This document shows, piece after piece, positions 40,521 to 55,585 of a DNA stretch of 64,000 bases. How positions within the stretch are numbered: position 1 is the first letter of the stretch; each line of letters starts with the position of its first letter. Position numbers and translations under genes: made by a program. The notes beneath the pieces are model-generated. The model saw only the letters and a list, made by a program, of their open reading frames with translations. It was not told the DNA's origin and did not search any database. Source of the stretch: Eledone cirrhosa (lineage: Eukaryota); NCBI GenBank assembly GCA_964016885.1, contig OZ024742.1:229772001-229836000 (forward strand). The letters run 5' to 3'.

Positions 40521-41529
40521 TTATCGCGAGATATATATATGTATCTTTCGTTGCTACGGTCTCCGCGGCTGAATTACCGGTCGCTATCTTCAGTTTGCAA
40601 AGCCCTTTAAACAGTATGTTATTACTCTAAGGTTTTATACCTTATCGAGTGCTTGGCTGCACTTCTGAATGCATTCGTCGGCTTAGCTGCGGCTCAGGCT
40701 TCGAATATGCTGTACTTCCATGTGTATATATATAGAGAGAGATAGATAGATATATTGGTGTTTTTTCTAAGTTGACAGTTGAAGTATGCAGACGTGCTTT
40801 TAGGCCTCTCCTAAACTCAGTAGCATGATACACAGCCTAACTGATCACATCTCTCTTCTGTAATATTAGGGAAAAAATATATACTTTTTGTAAATTCGTC
40901 CTTACTTACAATTTTGTAAGTAAGTATTGTAACTATAAACTTTAAATTTCTGCACACATTGTGTTCTTGAGATGATGTGGCTATGTTGTATGTGTGTATA
41001 GCACCACCGACGCTGCGTATGAGGTGTGTATGTATGTATCTACCCGCGCCATTCCGGGTCTTTATCCATGGGGTAGTTGCCTGCATTCTCATTGCAGGTA
41101 TATATATATGCCTGTTGATCAAGAACGAAATATATACGCTATGGTATAAGAAGCAGAAATCACCATGATTATATTGAACAAACTGCATGAGGTCAAGTCA
41201 TGTAAGTGAATATCGAAGGGTCGCTTTAAAGGCCATTTCCTTAAATATGAATTGACATTTAGTCACCTAGACAAGATATATGTCAGGAAACTTGAAAGAA
41301 TCGAGTAGAGTATCAAAGATAGCAGCACACAGATCTAACTCCTACATGAATGAATCGAATTCGTGTAATGCAAAACTGTCAATCCACAAGTGAGTAACTG
41401 AATACACGCACATATTTCTTTAAACACTGCACACGCATGTCAAAATATTTAACTGGAAAACCCCAGATTAAACGTATCATATAAAAAAGTATTAAGCCAA
41501 TACTAGGGTTGAATTAAATATGGAGGAAG

Positions 41530-41580
<51 letters not shown>

Positions 41581-41581
<1 letters not shown>

Positions 41582-41760
41582 CGAAGGAAATGTGGTAAGG
41601 AACCAGATGGACAATAACGCACCAAAGTACTCAATACTTAGGGTAGTAGAGTGGGTAATAGGAACAAGTATGACCCCGATGGCAGAGCTCAAGCCGTTTC
41701 GACGGAATTACCCACCGAAACGGCTTGAGCTAAGCCGTCGGGGTCATACTTGTTCCTATA
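41581..41760 (-). mobile_element. Copy of the 16901-17093 family with 5' inverted duplication
   Basis: ~41659-41701 mirrors ~41716-41759. Confidence 0.8.
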
Positions 41761-41862
41761 TATATATATATAATTAAATAAAAATGGCGTAGGCATTACC
41801 AAACAACATAATAGTACACTGATGATATCACATACGTGTGACGAGAGAACTTTGATAGACTG

Positions 41863-41900
<38 letters not shown>

Positions 41901-41901
41901 T

Positions 41902-42321
41902 GTAAGAATATTTTCGAAACACCGAGTGTGTTTGAAATTATTAGAAATGTAAGCTATCGCCGTATTTTGACTAAAGAAATGAAAGAAATTATTTAGCCTG
42001 ATAGTGGGGTTAAGAACCCGCGGAGAAATGGAAAAAAGATGAGTATTGACGTACATGGAAATCGAACCCACATCTTTGGTTATCCGGACCACTGTGCTAC
42101 CATTCACACCAACACATCACCCGTCTCTTTCCATTCAAATTAGAAGCTATAAACTTAGCGACTGTAATGTCAAGTAAGAATATTTTCGAAACAGCGAGTG
42201 GGTTTGAAATTATTAGAAATGTAAGCTATCGCCGTATTTTTTCTTAACCCCACTATCAGGCTAAACAATTTCTTTAATTTCTTTAGTCAAAATACGGCGA
42301 TAGCTTACATTTCTAATAATT
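41902..42321 (-). mobile_element. tRNA-headed element, terminally redundant (period 272), plus inverted segment
   Basis: 41902-41967 is repeated at 42174-42240; 42241-42321 mirrors ~41936-42016. Confidence 0.8.
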
Positions 42322-42852
42322 GCTGCAACACCTGTCCCCTCATCACCAACACCACCACCTTCCAGGGTCCCAACGGCCACTCTCTCTCTGTCCGGCATGC
42401 CTTCCGCTACACCTCCTCCAACCTAGTCTACGGACTTATGTCGGACAGACGGGACGTCGCCTGGCCGACCGATTCACTGAGCACCTCTGGGATATTCGTC
42501 TCGGTGGTAGTTCCCCCATGGCCCGCCACTTTGGTGGCCCTGGACATTCCGCACGCCATCTCACAGTCTGTGGCCTACTCCAATGCCACGGAACACCCGC
42601 CAATCGCCTTAGAGTCGAACAAAGAACTATCTTCATCTTACAGACCCACACTACCCCCGGCCTGAACTCCCCACCCTTATTCCTTTAGACTTCGACCGCC
42701 CCCCTCCCCCCACACTTATCCCCCACTAACACCACTAACACACCCCTCCTTTTCACCGCCCACTCCACAACTAACAATACTAACACCTCCACTCCACCCC
42801 TCATCCGACCACCCTTCCCCAACTAACATACTAACATCCCTCCCTTCTTCCC

Positions 42853-42860
<8 letters not shown>
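42322..42860 (+). pseudogene. Penelope/Poseidon-type GIY-YIG 3' fragment
   Basis: YVGQTGRRLADRFTEHL..ARHF..EQRTIF.LQT..PGLN; closely related to ~59920-60430. Confidence 0.88.
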
Positions 42861-42912
<52 letters not shown>

Positions 42913-43191
42913 CATATATACATATATATATATGTATATATATATATATGTAAATTTCAGTGGTGTTAAACTTGATCACTTTTTCGCCCTACATCTTGAA
43001 ACAAAATGTATAAATAAAATCATATCATATAGTTAAATATCATGAGAGAGGTTGTCTTACTGGAACCGCTGTTTTGTTGTCCTCATTCTTTGTGGCAGGT
43101 TACTTTTACTCCTGGATGTAATGTAAAACAAATCAAATGAAATCGATTCTATGAGTATTCTTTATTACCTATGTTGTTTGCGTCGTCTATA

Positions 43192-43380
43192 AATAATTGT
43201 TTCTACTTTTGGCACAAGCCCAGCAATTACCCAGTACATTATTGTTACTTTATATTATCGACCCCGTAAGGATGAAAGGCAAAGTTAACCTCGGCGGGAT
43301 TTGAACTCAGTTCGTAAAGGGACGTAACTGTGCTGCAAAGCATGGCGTCTGACCCTCTACCGATACTGCCAATCCACCGT
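43192..43380 (-). mobile_element. tRNA-derived SINE, well conserved
   Basis: Complete head (tggcagtatcgg / gagttcaaatcc), core and tail. Confidence 0.9.
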
Positions 43381-43475
43381 CTATAAAAATGTAGGGTTAA
43401 CACGTTCATTCATTCATACAAGAATGTGCATTTTTGATAAATTCTTCGACCGTTCAGCATGATATCGCTCTAGGG

Positions 43476-43520
43476 CAGCGGTTTCCAACCTTTTAACGTC
43501 GTGACCCATTTTGACAAATC
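43476..43520 (+). mobile_element. hAT-Charlie-like terminal sequence, single end
   Basis: cagcggtttccaaccttt..gacccattttg; partner TIR not found. Confidence 0.4.
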
Positions 43521-45382
43521 AATAATCTACTGTAGCATTTTTCTAATATCAAATGTACAAATAAAAAAGATTCCCTTTAAACATCCTGAAATTAACATTT
43601 GATAGTTTTCTTTAGGATACGTTCGTCGGTTTTGGTTTTTGTTGTTTTCTCTCGGCAGTTCATGCTGTAGTCCCTATGAAACTATGCCATATCACACATA
43701 TGCATGAACCTGTGATATTTTATGAAATATTTCACAAGTAAAAGATTTTGTCTTTTCGTATCCCTTTCAGAATTGTTTGTTCACAAAGAAGGGAAACGAG
43801 CCAATCGAACCAAATAAACAATGTTTCCATTCTTTCCATTGCTAATATTATCTGCTGACCCAACTCGTAGCAGAAGGAGTAACTCGAACAACCTACCTTC
43901 ACACTCTAATAAATGATGTTAGAATTGCAATACAACAATCGTCATTCGTTTAATGTTATTCTTTAATCAGAATACAATCAACACAGCGTTATGCTATATT
44001 TTAACTGTGAACGCAGACTTGACTAATTTGTAAAGAGGTTCGTTTCGCAATCATGCGAACCGGTGTAAATGATACTGCCTGACACCGCAGGAAAGCGTCC
44101 ATTAATCACCGATCAACCCAAACATTATGATTGAAATTGGGAAGAAAAACACCTGACCGGTGGCATGTCGGATTGATTGTACTTTATCTGAAATTTAAGT
44201 GTTAACTACCACGATGAATCTTCCTGATAATTACGTGAAGTCTACATATGTTTGTGGAATGCTCAACCACTTACACTATAGTTCTAGAGAAACACTATAT
44301 GTAACTGAAAGAGACAGCCATATCACATTTGCGTCACGCTAAATCTCCTTGAAAATTACATAAAAATATACCTTTCTGGTGTATCATGTTGAAGCTCATG
44401 AGAATTTCATTAGAGATACACATGTGGCTATGGAATACTTTTACACCTGTTCATTTCACGGGCATGTTGTTGCATTAATCGTACAGGTGAAACACTGGAA
44501 GGTGAAACAGATGGAGTTATGCCTAAGTAACTTGAATCTAATTAATGTATATTTGTGATCCATTGTAAGAATCCTTTTAACATTTCTATCACATAACTTA
44601 TTCAAATCGGCATAAAAAACATAACAACAACAAATGAAATTATCTTTACCCATCGTCAAAACCGACGCAGGCCCATTTAATTCCTTTCTAATGTTATACC
44701 TGTAGAGAAACGTAATAGTTGTTCATATTACTCACATTATTATTGAATGTCTTATTTTTATTCATTTTTCACGTTAATAAGATACTAAAATAGCCTAAAC
44801 AGTTATTTATATCAACATAATTGCCTCCATTACTCTCCGCTGATTAATTACGTTAAAATAATTAATAGATAACAAGATAACGCTTATGGGTTTACATTGA
44901 TGGAACTAAATATATTTACTTCAGTAGTATTCGTATAGTCTTGGTTCATTAGAAATACATATATGATGGAGTCCCCGTCGGTTTTGACGACGAGCATTTA
45001 TTTCTGTGATTAATATAACAGTGTAATTAACGCTTAAACAGCTGAGTATTTCATAGCCACATATGCCAAGCCGATTAAACGTGACACAATATATGACAAG
45101 GTTGGACTTTGAATTACTGTTAGTAACTGCTTAATGGCACGGCCACAAAACCTTAACTAATGGTGTAGCCTTTCTAAGAGAACGTGATTATGGATGTATA
45201 AAATGTATATACGTCTAATTGAAAAAACAAAATTAATGGGAGAATGGTGTCGTGGTCAGATTTATATCGTGTTTTAACATTCTAATATCTTGAGGCATGG
45301 TTCATAGAGAAGCAGCGTTGTTATGAATATATGAACAAACATACACCCAGACACACACTCAAACAAACACACACACACACAC

Positions 45383-45413
<31 letters not shown>

Positions 45414-45721
45414 TATATACATGCAAAAAGTAAACGGAAGATAACAGAACAAACAATAGAGAACAATGAAGATACAGCATGGAAACAGTCTTAACATGTT
45501 GGGGGAAAGTCCTCAATAGATGGGATAAGAAACTTAAGAAGAAGGAGGAAAGTTCTCAATAGAAGGGTTGAGAAATAGAAGAAAGACAATAGAGTAGAGT
45601 GAGAAGAAGAGATGGAAAAAGATTGGAGAAAAAGCGCCTGTGTGTTCAGTCAGCCATTGTGTGTGTGTGGGCATGAGTGCGTGCGTGCGTATGCGTGTTT
45701 ATGTGAATATAACTATACATA

Positions 45722-45880
45722 GTCGGCGAATTGGCAGAGTCGTTAGAACGTTGGATAGAATGCTTTATGGTATTGGTTCCGGCTCACTGCTCTCTGGGTT
45801 CAAATCTCGCCGTCGTCAACTTTGCTTTTCATTCTTTCGAGGTCGATAAAAAAGTATCGGTAAATTACTGGCGTCGATTC
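45722..45880 (+). mobile_element. tRNA-derived SINE, related subfamily
   Basis: tggcagagtcgttag..gggttcaaatctcgcc..ttttcattctttcgaggtcgataaa. Confidence 0.8.
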
Positions 45881-46133
45881 TTTCTCTCTCTGGAAGAAAT
45901 CTGCTGTACTATGGCCTGGAGGAGGATGGGCTCCGCCAGGCTTACGCCGCCCCTGCGACTCTATCAGGAGTTACGGGACCATACATACAAGTACATTTAC
46001 ATGGATCATATTTACCTTTAAATCAATAGATAAGGAGATAAGGATCGCATTTTTCTGGTGAACCGACACGATCGTAAAACAATGGATTAATTATCGCCTA
46101 CCTTTGTTCTGTACTTCATTCACAGTTCAACAT

Positions 46134-46165
<32 letters not shown>

Positions 46166-46167
46166 CA

Positions 46168-46263
<96 letters not shown>

Positions 46264-46996
46264 TGTGTGTGAGCGTCCGTGTTTTGTGTCCTTGTGTAAT
46301 AAACTCACTAAACATTCACTGAAGTGAAGGTAACAATACCATCTATCTATGTGTATATAAAGACACATAGTTTCTCAATTACATACACGTATCCTCGGTT
46401 GCAGCCATATGTAATTACACACACACAAACACACACACATACAGAGTTATGTGTATATAATATTGAATATTTTAAAAATGATTTACCAACAGACATGCTT
46501 ACAGTCCTCTATAGGATATTTTATATGTTGAAAGCAGGATCAATAGTTTCTATAGAAGAGTAGTATTGTGTTTGCAATATGTTCTACACTTTGCTTAAAA
46601 TATTGATACACGTATGAATATGCGACGCTTATATCATGGAGAACTGCAGTTTTATTGCATCTTACAAAATATTATCCACAATCTAAACAAAAAAATGGAA
46701 AAGACATGCAAAGAAAAGTTATATTTCCTTATCTTTGTCTTGTTTTTGCTAAAATCTATAAAATCTGTAACCAGATTTTTTAATAATCAGAAGATTTTCA
46801 GGAATCTTTATAGCATTTTATGTGACCTGAATGTTATATCATGCTTCTGCATCATTTCTTTCTTTGTATGTTCTCTTACTTTGTGTAAATGCAGATTTTT
46901 ACCCTCTTTAAATATATCTTAATAGTTAAGCGTATAGTCTTTCGGTTAGTTTCGTTATCAGTTTTATTCCGATATACATTCACACACACACACACA

Positions 46997-47100
<104 letters not shown>

Positions 47101-49511
47101 TGTATTTATATATTATATAAATTAAGAAACTGGGATAATCAAGAACAAAAGATGTAACTTGGACTCGAAGAAACTGAGTGAAAACTAAAGAACGAGGGCT
47201 TAAGTTACCTTGGTAATATTGATTATTTCTCATGTCTTTTGGTAGTCTATTCATTCTAAAGTGAACATTGATGACTTCGCAGATCATTGGGGAGTATACT
47301 TAGGCTTTCGTGTCTATTCTACTCGAGCGCAAGCGACCTTCATTCAATTTGTTTAACTATATTTGCAATCCAAGTTAAAGAAGTATATGATCATTACCAT
47401 AGTCATCCTTGCTAATATAATCCACCACGTTGATCCAGCTTTGATTAACCTAGCTGATCATCACAACATTGGCTACTAAATAAAAATAAATAAACCTGTT
47501 GATGGGGGTATTGGTGAAGTTTCCATTTATATGTTTTATGCTCTAAATAGCAGATTCGTAGGTTTGGGTTTTGTCTAGAATTACATGTTACCGGTTTATC
47601 TTTTCATTAATAAATAGTATATTTCGTATTTATAATTAATTTTATATTTAAATACGATTGCAGTATAGTTAAACTAACGATTACAATGAGATTGATTCTA
47701 TAGATTTATATAAATACTGTAAATGAAATCTGTATTAGTTTAGTTTAGTTTAAAAGCAAGGTGATGTTGCAAATCTCAAAGGGTAGAAGATTGCATATTC
47801 AGTAACACAGTAGGGTTGGATAAATCGATGTGTTACTCATTTTTATAAAACCTGCCTTACAATTTATCAAACTACAATACAAAAGTGCATGCTAGTTGAG
47901 TAAATACATCCATTAAAATACATGTAGTACACCATTGCATTCACTTTTATGTTCTTCTAGAAATTCTACCCATTATATCCCTGCTGATACATAAATGAAT
48001 TTTAAACAATATTCGAATATGATACTTTTCAAATTTGCTGTTTATTTCTTAAAAGAATAGCTGCATCTGTGAATATGCGGCGGATGTACCATTCTCGACT
48101 GGTTATGATGTTGGTTTCGCAATGATTGGGTTCCGCATTCGATTCCACTGCTTTGCATCTAGAGAAAGTGTCATTTACCATTTTATTTATATTTTATTTA
48201 ATATTTCATTTATTAGTTGTTCGTCATTTTTCAATTTAGTTTTTTTTAACTCAAATACGTGCAAACATAATTTTTAAACAATGTCTGGAAAATAAACAAA
48301 GCAATGGATTTTTACGATAGCTTTTAAGAAAATAGTTAATCTTTAAATACGTACAACGCTTCCGAGATAATTAAAACGTCATTCATATGATTCATTAAGA
48401 TGCAAATACTATTAAATATAGAAACTTTAAACAGACTGAACCTATTTCTTGCTGTCAGTAGATATTTCCTGATCATAATTTCATTAAAAAGAAAATATAT
48501 AGAAATCATTAACTGTCAGATAAAATCAGAATGTAACTGTCTTAGACAAGTAATTTAATAGAAACTGTATTTTAAACAAATTATGTAAATCAGAAGCGGT
48601 GTCAAGATAGAAAATAAATCAGGATACAAATCTGTCTTTTAGAATGTTGAACTGAACAAATGCTTTCATGAGAATTGCGGTTTGCGGTGAGGGTATCCCA
48701 GCCCATTCCACAAGCTATACACTTTTGTTGTAGTCAAGAAGAAATTGATATGGTAGTACATTATGTTGGGCCCCGTGTCGTAAGCCTATGTTACCGTCGG
48801 AAGGACGATTGATGTACATTGGTGGGTTTGTATGTCTTAAATTGTTGTGCAATTCATTGGTCATACAAAATGAGCTGTGGATCCTTTTATCACAAAACAT
48901 TCAGTATAAAATAATATAGCATTCATCTGCTGCATTGCATTATCATTGATTCTTCTACTAACTTCCATCATTGGACTGAGGCCATAACATGGCAGGTTCT
49001 TCAAGCGTTTCTGAGGTGTAACTTTAGAGTAACGTTTGATGCTGGGTTGCTGCCATGCTGTTCAATCTGCTATTATCAAAAAGATTTTATAGATTTTAGC
49101 AAAAATCTGCTATTATCAAAAATATCGACGATCAAAGACATTCGATTAGTAACCGTTCCAGCATCGTCCTGAACATAAATACATATTGAGCACTGTATCA
49201 CATAATCTGTTCTCTATTTTTTCTGTCTCTCGTCTTTGATGCCTGGTATAATGTGAAGTAAAGAAACACAGGGTCGCAGGAAATAGATGTTGTAAGGAAT
49301 TTATTCGAAGCTTGCATAATTTACAGAGATACACTATTGTAAGTAGTTTCATTTGGAACACCACACACATTAGTGAATAGAATAGAAAATTCGATAGAGA
49401 GGTATTATTATCTTTTTATCATACAATGTTCTTTTCCCAATCACAGCTCAATACTGGGTGATAGGGAAATCCTAATGGTGTCTAGTTACACATTCACAGA
49501 CAGACACGACG

Positions 49512-49557
<46 letters not shown>

Positions 49558-49584
49558 ATTGTAAAAGACTGTTTGAGTTTATAA

Positions 49585-49630
<46 letters not shown>

Positions 49631-49638
49631 GCGTCGTG

Positions 49639-49693
<55 letters not shown>

Positions 49694-50607
49694 GTTATAA
49701 ACTCAAATAGTCTTTTACAATTAAATAGCTCAAAGAAAGAGATATTTCCGAGCCGTGAAATACAAAATAATATATGATAAACACTAATACAAGTATATAA
49801 GTGTTTGTATTGCAAATGACCAAGTTAGCTAGATTGAAAAATACTAATTAAATTAATACAGTTTGCCTGTCTCGATTTAAAATAATAAATCAATAAAAAC
49901 AAACCTATATTGGTCATTTGCAATACAAACACTTATATACTTGTATTAGTGTTTATCATATATTATTTTGTATTTTGTATTATTTTGTATATATATATAT
50001 ATATATATAAATATGTGTGTGTATATATATATATATATATTCATAGAAACACGAGAAAACTCAACGCTAGACATGCTGTTAAAACAGCTAAATGTTGTCA
50101 AAGGTAGCCATGGGAGAAATTGCCTCAGAACAGAGACCAGTGGCCAGCAATCGGTAGAGAGTCAATCCACGAGAAAGGTGAAAGGCAGATGAACCATAGT
50201 AAATATCGAGAGAGGTGTAGGTCAAGGAGTGTATTAGCGCATAGAAGTCACCGGAAGAAGGACACAAAGAAAGGCGATTTACAAGACAACTTCACACATA
50301 CACTGTTTAAGCACTCAAAGCATGTTTTAATTGAGAGTACCAATTTAAAGAGGCTGGATCGTGCAACTGAGAAAAACATCTTTCTGCTGGTATGATGTGT
50401 CTGGGATAAAAATTAACAGAACAGATAGATAGGCAGACAGATCAGGGAGCGAAGCAATAAACGTCCTACTTATAATAGGACACCGATAGAAAGGACAAAA
50501 AAGTAAATAAAAGCCGGTGGAAGTGGCAGCAATCGGAAGTGACAATAGGAGCAGAAAGTTAAAGGGAGAGGGGGAGGGGGAGATAGCGGGAGTGAGGGAC
50601 AGAGAGT

Positions 50608-50692
<85 letters not shown>

Positions 50693-50862
50693 AAGAAAAC
50701 GAATAAAAGCAAAGAACGGGATAGTGGACTTCAAGCTGAAGTGTCTGTCCTGAATAGAAAGCTAATCACAGCTATGATGAAGTTAAATATACATATATAA
50801 GGAAAAAAGATGAAATCGAAAATGCAGTTGGAGTCTTTTTTAAAAAAAACATATATTTGGTT

Positions 50863-50900
50863 CCTTTAGCGGTTTCGCAGTTCTTTTGCTTTTCAAAAGT
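50863..50900 (-). ncRNA. HHR, U3-A8 core variant (third copy)
   Basis: ctt-TTGAAAA-gcaaaagaactgc-GAAA-ccgc-TA-aag. Confidence 0.5.
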
Positions 50901-51886
50901 AGAGTTGAGATGGAGGGTCTGTGGTTTTTCTCACATCTGTTTGGTCTTTCAATGTTACTTGTTTTATATGGAAAATGTGGCTCTAAACGCCAGGTTTTTA
51001 GAGAAGTAATTTGATTGGTTGGTGAATAAGTATAATAAATCTCGCGCCAGTTCGCGTTACAAAGTTCCTCAAACAAAGAGGGGGGGGGGCTCGTGGTGTT
51101 TTTTCATATATGAGTTAAGTTTGGTTGGTTGATGCAGTCACGTGAATAAGCACATCAGCTTTTTCCGCCAATTTGTGTTTGAATTTCTTTTTACTTTAAA
51201 AAAAAAGTAGCTCACGAAGGCTTTTTTTTTTAAATGTAATTTGATTGGTTATAAAGGAAATTATGAATGTCACGTGAACAAGTACATTAAATTTCGCGCC
51301 CGTATTTTGGAATTTTTTTATAGCCATTTAGAGAATTTTGTGCCAAACAAAAGATAATGGTCAAGAAAAAGGGATGGAGAGAGTTGTTCTGAGTATGACT
51401 GATGTGCTGAAATGTAATTTGATTGGTTATAAATGAAATTATGACTGTCACGTGACGAAGTTCATTAAATTTCGCGCCCGTATTAGAGAATTTTGTGACA
51501 AACAAAAGATAATCGACAAGAGAAATGGGATGGGGCGAATTGTTCTGGTTCAGTGAATATGGCTGGTGCGCTGGGGCGTCAGAATTCAGACTTTCTATTG
51601 AAATAAAGAAAGCTAGAGGTGCGATCCGTGTGCGGTGCTACCTGACACGCAGGTTCCTCGGACACATCTATAGATTTCGGATCATATCCTCTTTCTGGGG
51701 TTTTCTGACCCTACAAGCCCATATTGTCCACCTTCATCCGCTCTGCGCGTCATTGGATTGGTCAATGGTTAGTGACGTCATCATTATTCTGACCACTTGT
51801 AGCAGCCCGCTGACCGCCAGGGCGTGAGCTGTCACTCACCTGCCGCCCCCTCGGCAAAATTACTGCTGTTTGTCAGCTCACACTCG

Positions 51887-51962
<76 letters not shown>

Positions 51963-52175
51963 TATTGACAGATACACACAGAGTAGCTTGTGTGCTTACG
52001 TTGACACACAGAAATAGTCACACAAATATACGTATAGATGCACACAGAGAGGTACACATGCACACACGCGCGTGTATATACGCCAGCATATACACATATA
52101 CACGCACATACATGCACCCGTATATGCACACACACAAACGTACGCATCCGTACATATACATACACATACACTCAC

Positions 52176-52227
<52 letters not shown>

Positions 52228-52231
<4 letters not shown>

Positions 52232-52596
52232 TGAAACAAAATGAAAACGAAATTTCATTTCTCACTCTTAGTATGGCACTTACTTAAATGTAAGTATGCA
52301 TGTATACGTACATACATATATGTATGCAGACGTACAGTAGCATGCACATATATATATATATATACATATATACATACATATGCATACAGGTACACATACA
52401 TATATGCACGTATCAGTTTAGCGGCGCTAACGTCGCTTTGTTCGTTTGTAAACAAACTGAACAGCCTGAATTTATGCCATACGGTGTTAAGGCAACCACG
52501 TCACCTTTTTGTTCAACACTGACACAGGAACATATATATATGTGCATGCTACTGTACGTCTGCATACATATATGTATGTACGTATACATGCATACT

Positions 52597-52600
<4 letters not shown>
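52228..52600 (-). mobile_element. Permuted copy of the 37095-37537 element with inverted 5' duplication
   Basis: Joins acttaaat to gtaagtatg; 52531-52600 mirrors ~52289-52358. Confidence 0.75.
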
Positions 52601-52656
<56 letters not shown>

Positions 52657-53270
52657 CATTTACGTACACATATATGCACACACACACACAGACACACTCA
52701 GATACACACACACACACACATAGATATATACATATATATATAGGTGGGGGTGAATGTTTATGTGCATGTGTGTGTACATAAATATATGAGGAAATTCAAC
52801 CACAGAAAAACATAGAGAATAGAATGCAATAATGATATATATTCGTGTAAAGTTGGATATAGTAGAAAACATCCATACTCTACACACGCTCACACAAACA
52901 CACGTGGGTGTATGTGTATGTATGTACATATGCAATGGTTTGTAGCGTTCACTAATGGAAGTAGAATTAATTCCTAAAAAGTTTCGAATTGATTCAAAAA
53001 CTGAAAATCTTTTGTGAATGTTTTATTTTTTTGTTTGTATTTCGGCAGGAGATTACATTTATATATTTCCTACTTAAGCATATATATAAAAACAGTTAAA
53101 ATGATTCATCGTAGAGATGTTTGCTTTGCATTTTTTCTGTGTTTAGTGTCACGTATTTTGTTTAGTATACAAGCTGATAGAGCATAGGTTATGATCTACA
53201 GTATCGCAAGTCCATCCTTATTACATATATAAGAGACACCGAAGAAATCATTTTATTAATAAATCGAAAT

Positions 53271-53642
53271 GAGGGCGGTGGACTGGCAGTATCGTTATAA
53301 GTTCGGACGCCTTGCTTTGCAGCATAGAGTTACGGCTATTTATGCTGAGTTAAAATCCCGCCGAGGGTAACTCTGCCTTTCATCGTTACGGGGTCGATAA
53401 CATAAAGTACCAGTCACGCACTGGTGTTGATTTAATTGACTTTCCCCTCCCCCAAAATTGCTGGCTTCTGCCTATATAAGAAACCATTATTTATTATCTG
53501 AGTTAAAATCCCGCCGAGGGTAACTTTGCTTTCATCGTTACAGGGTCGATACAATAAAGTACCAGTCATGCACTGGTGTTGATTTAATCGACTTTCCCCT
53601 TCCCCAAAATTGCTGGCTTGTGCCTATATAAGAAACCATTAT
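53271..53642 (+). mobile_element. tRNA-derived SINE with tandemly duplicated 3' part and probable TSD taaatcgaaat
   Basis: ~53345-53490 is repeated at ~53498-53642; taaatcgaaat on both sides. Confidence 0.85.
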
Positions 53643-54540
53643 TAAATCGAAATAGTATATGATGAAATAGATTTATTAACCTTTCAAATATGGTTAAAGC
53701 AAATGTGATATTTTCTATATCAATAATTTATTAAAGCAGGGTGCTTGCTACCTATGAAACCCCTTTATGAAGCCGCCATAATTGTAAATACATTTTTTTA
53801 ATATTAGTTACTTTACTGTGGGATTACAAGTTATATTGTTATCGTTGGCATTTGTAAGGTTATTAAGTGACTATGTATAGAAATAAAGTGGTGATCTTTA
53901 AAATATGATTTACTTGATGTAACATGAAACGAGATTAAATCCAGATTATGAGATGAAATAGCTCTCACGGAAAGAAAATATTGAAACGAGAGTTTTGACT
54001 TTAGGGCTATAGCAAGGATATGACTATAGATTAGAATATATATGCTAAAGATTCACTGCCTGGCATCACAGGACTGACTTTCGTTTGAAGAAATACATTA
54101 ATAAAACTGCAAAGTTTGCTATGTTAATAAAACACACTCATAAGCACTCAGCTTCCTAACTACTGAAAGCTTCTATAAAATCATGGTATTACTAGTACAG
54201 AATTATATGAAACAGATCACGTGGAGTGGAACAAATTGATTCTTTATGTGCGTTTCTACTGTGTTTGTCTAATGTCTCACATTAAGAACCAAACACTTCA
54301 AATTTGGTTTTCCTGAGACAGAGTGTAGTGAAAATATCAGGACATTCACATACACATCTTGATTGATTGAAAACAAAAAAATGCTTCATTTTTATTGGGT
54401 GCTACCTCCTATTTAGAAGCAACTAAGTCTTATTTCAATTCATCCCTCTGGGTGGAAGGTAAGACGAAGTCGATTCATTGACGATCCTTCTCAGTTGCAA
54501 TTCCTATATATATATATATAGAAGGAAATGGTAGTTTACT

Positions 54541-54741
54541 TGAGGGAAGTAAAGGGGTTAATCCAGTGTTCTAATTAGCTTGGCAAGGTAATTAGAACAC
54601 TGGATTAACCCCTTTACTTCCCTCAGAAGAAGAGATATTATCTCGAAATATCAGGATATTGAAATAAATTTAAGGTAAAAGACTAATTGTCAGCAATATC
54701 TTTTGCATTTGTATTTATATTCTATATCCATTCCTGCGTCG
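54541..54741 (+). mobile_element. Short element with 37-bp perfect 5' inverted duplication and degenerate HHR (54621-54655); second copy at ~37897-38080 (-)
   Basis: cct-CAGAAGA-a-gagat-att-atctc-GAAA-ta-TC-agg. Confidence 0.65.
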
Positions 54742-54763
54742 TTCTGGCCTTCTAACTTCAAAC

Positions 54764-54818
<55 letters not shown>

Positions 54819-55071
54819 GCTGTGATTGGTTGCTTGTTTGTCTGTAATGTAGTACAGCCAAAAGGACGCGTATGGGAAAATACTTTTAAAGGAGGTTGAC
54901 CCTGAAATGGGGATGCAAATGGAATAAAACACATTTCGTGTAAATCGAAGCACGGATTCCTGGGATATGGGGGTTTTCCGGGTACCTCCATAAACAGAGA
55001 GAGAGAGAAAGATAGAGAGAAAGAGAGGAGCCCGTGGTGTTGTAGTGTAAATATATATATTCGAGAGTGCG

Positions 55072-55112
<41 letters not shown>

Positions 55113-55150
55113 CTATGACCAGTGTATATAGATCACAGACACCCATAAAA

Positions 55151-55229
<79 letters not shown>

Positions 55230-55515
55230 AGTATACACCCTCACATTTATACATATACATACACGCACGTATATATATGGGCCTTCCAATTTCATTTCGT
55301 CTTATATACATGTCTGCGTATATTTTAATTATTTAAAAATTATTTTTGAGGGAACATGATCCTTTAAAAGTATTTTGAAATGAACGTGACCCAACGGGTT
55401 ACGGGTTGTTTAATAATTCAAATAGAAATATAAGATTCGCCCTAACATCGACTACATAATATTGTCTAATAATGGGACGTACAAACATACGGAATGGAAA
55501 ATAAAATGGGTATCA

Positions 55516-55585
55516 ACACACTTGGGAGTCGAATCCACACATCTCGTTTGCCGGACGAGCACGCTGCCGTTACGCCAATGACCCG
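55516..55585 (-). mobile_element. tRNA-like sequence (SINE head or tRNA pseudogene)
   Basis: tggcgtaacgg A box, ctcgt-ccggcaa-acgag arm, gattcgactcc B box; poor acceptor stem. Confidence 0.6.
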
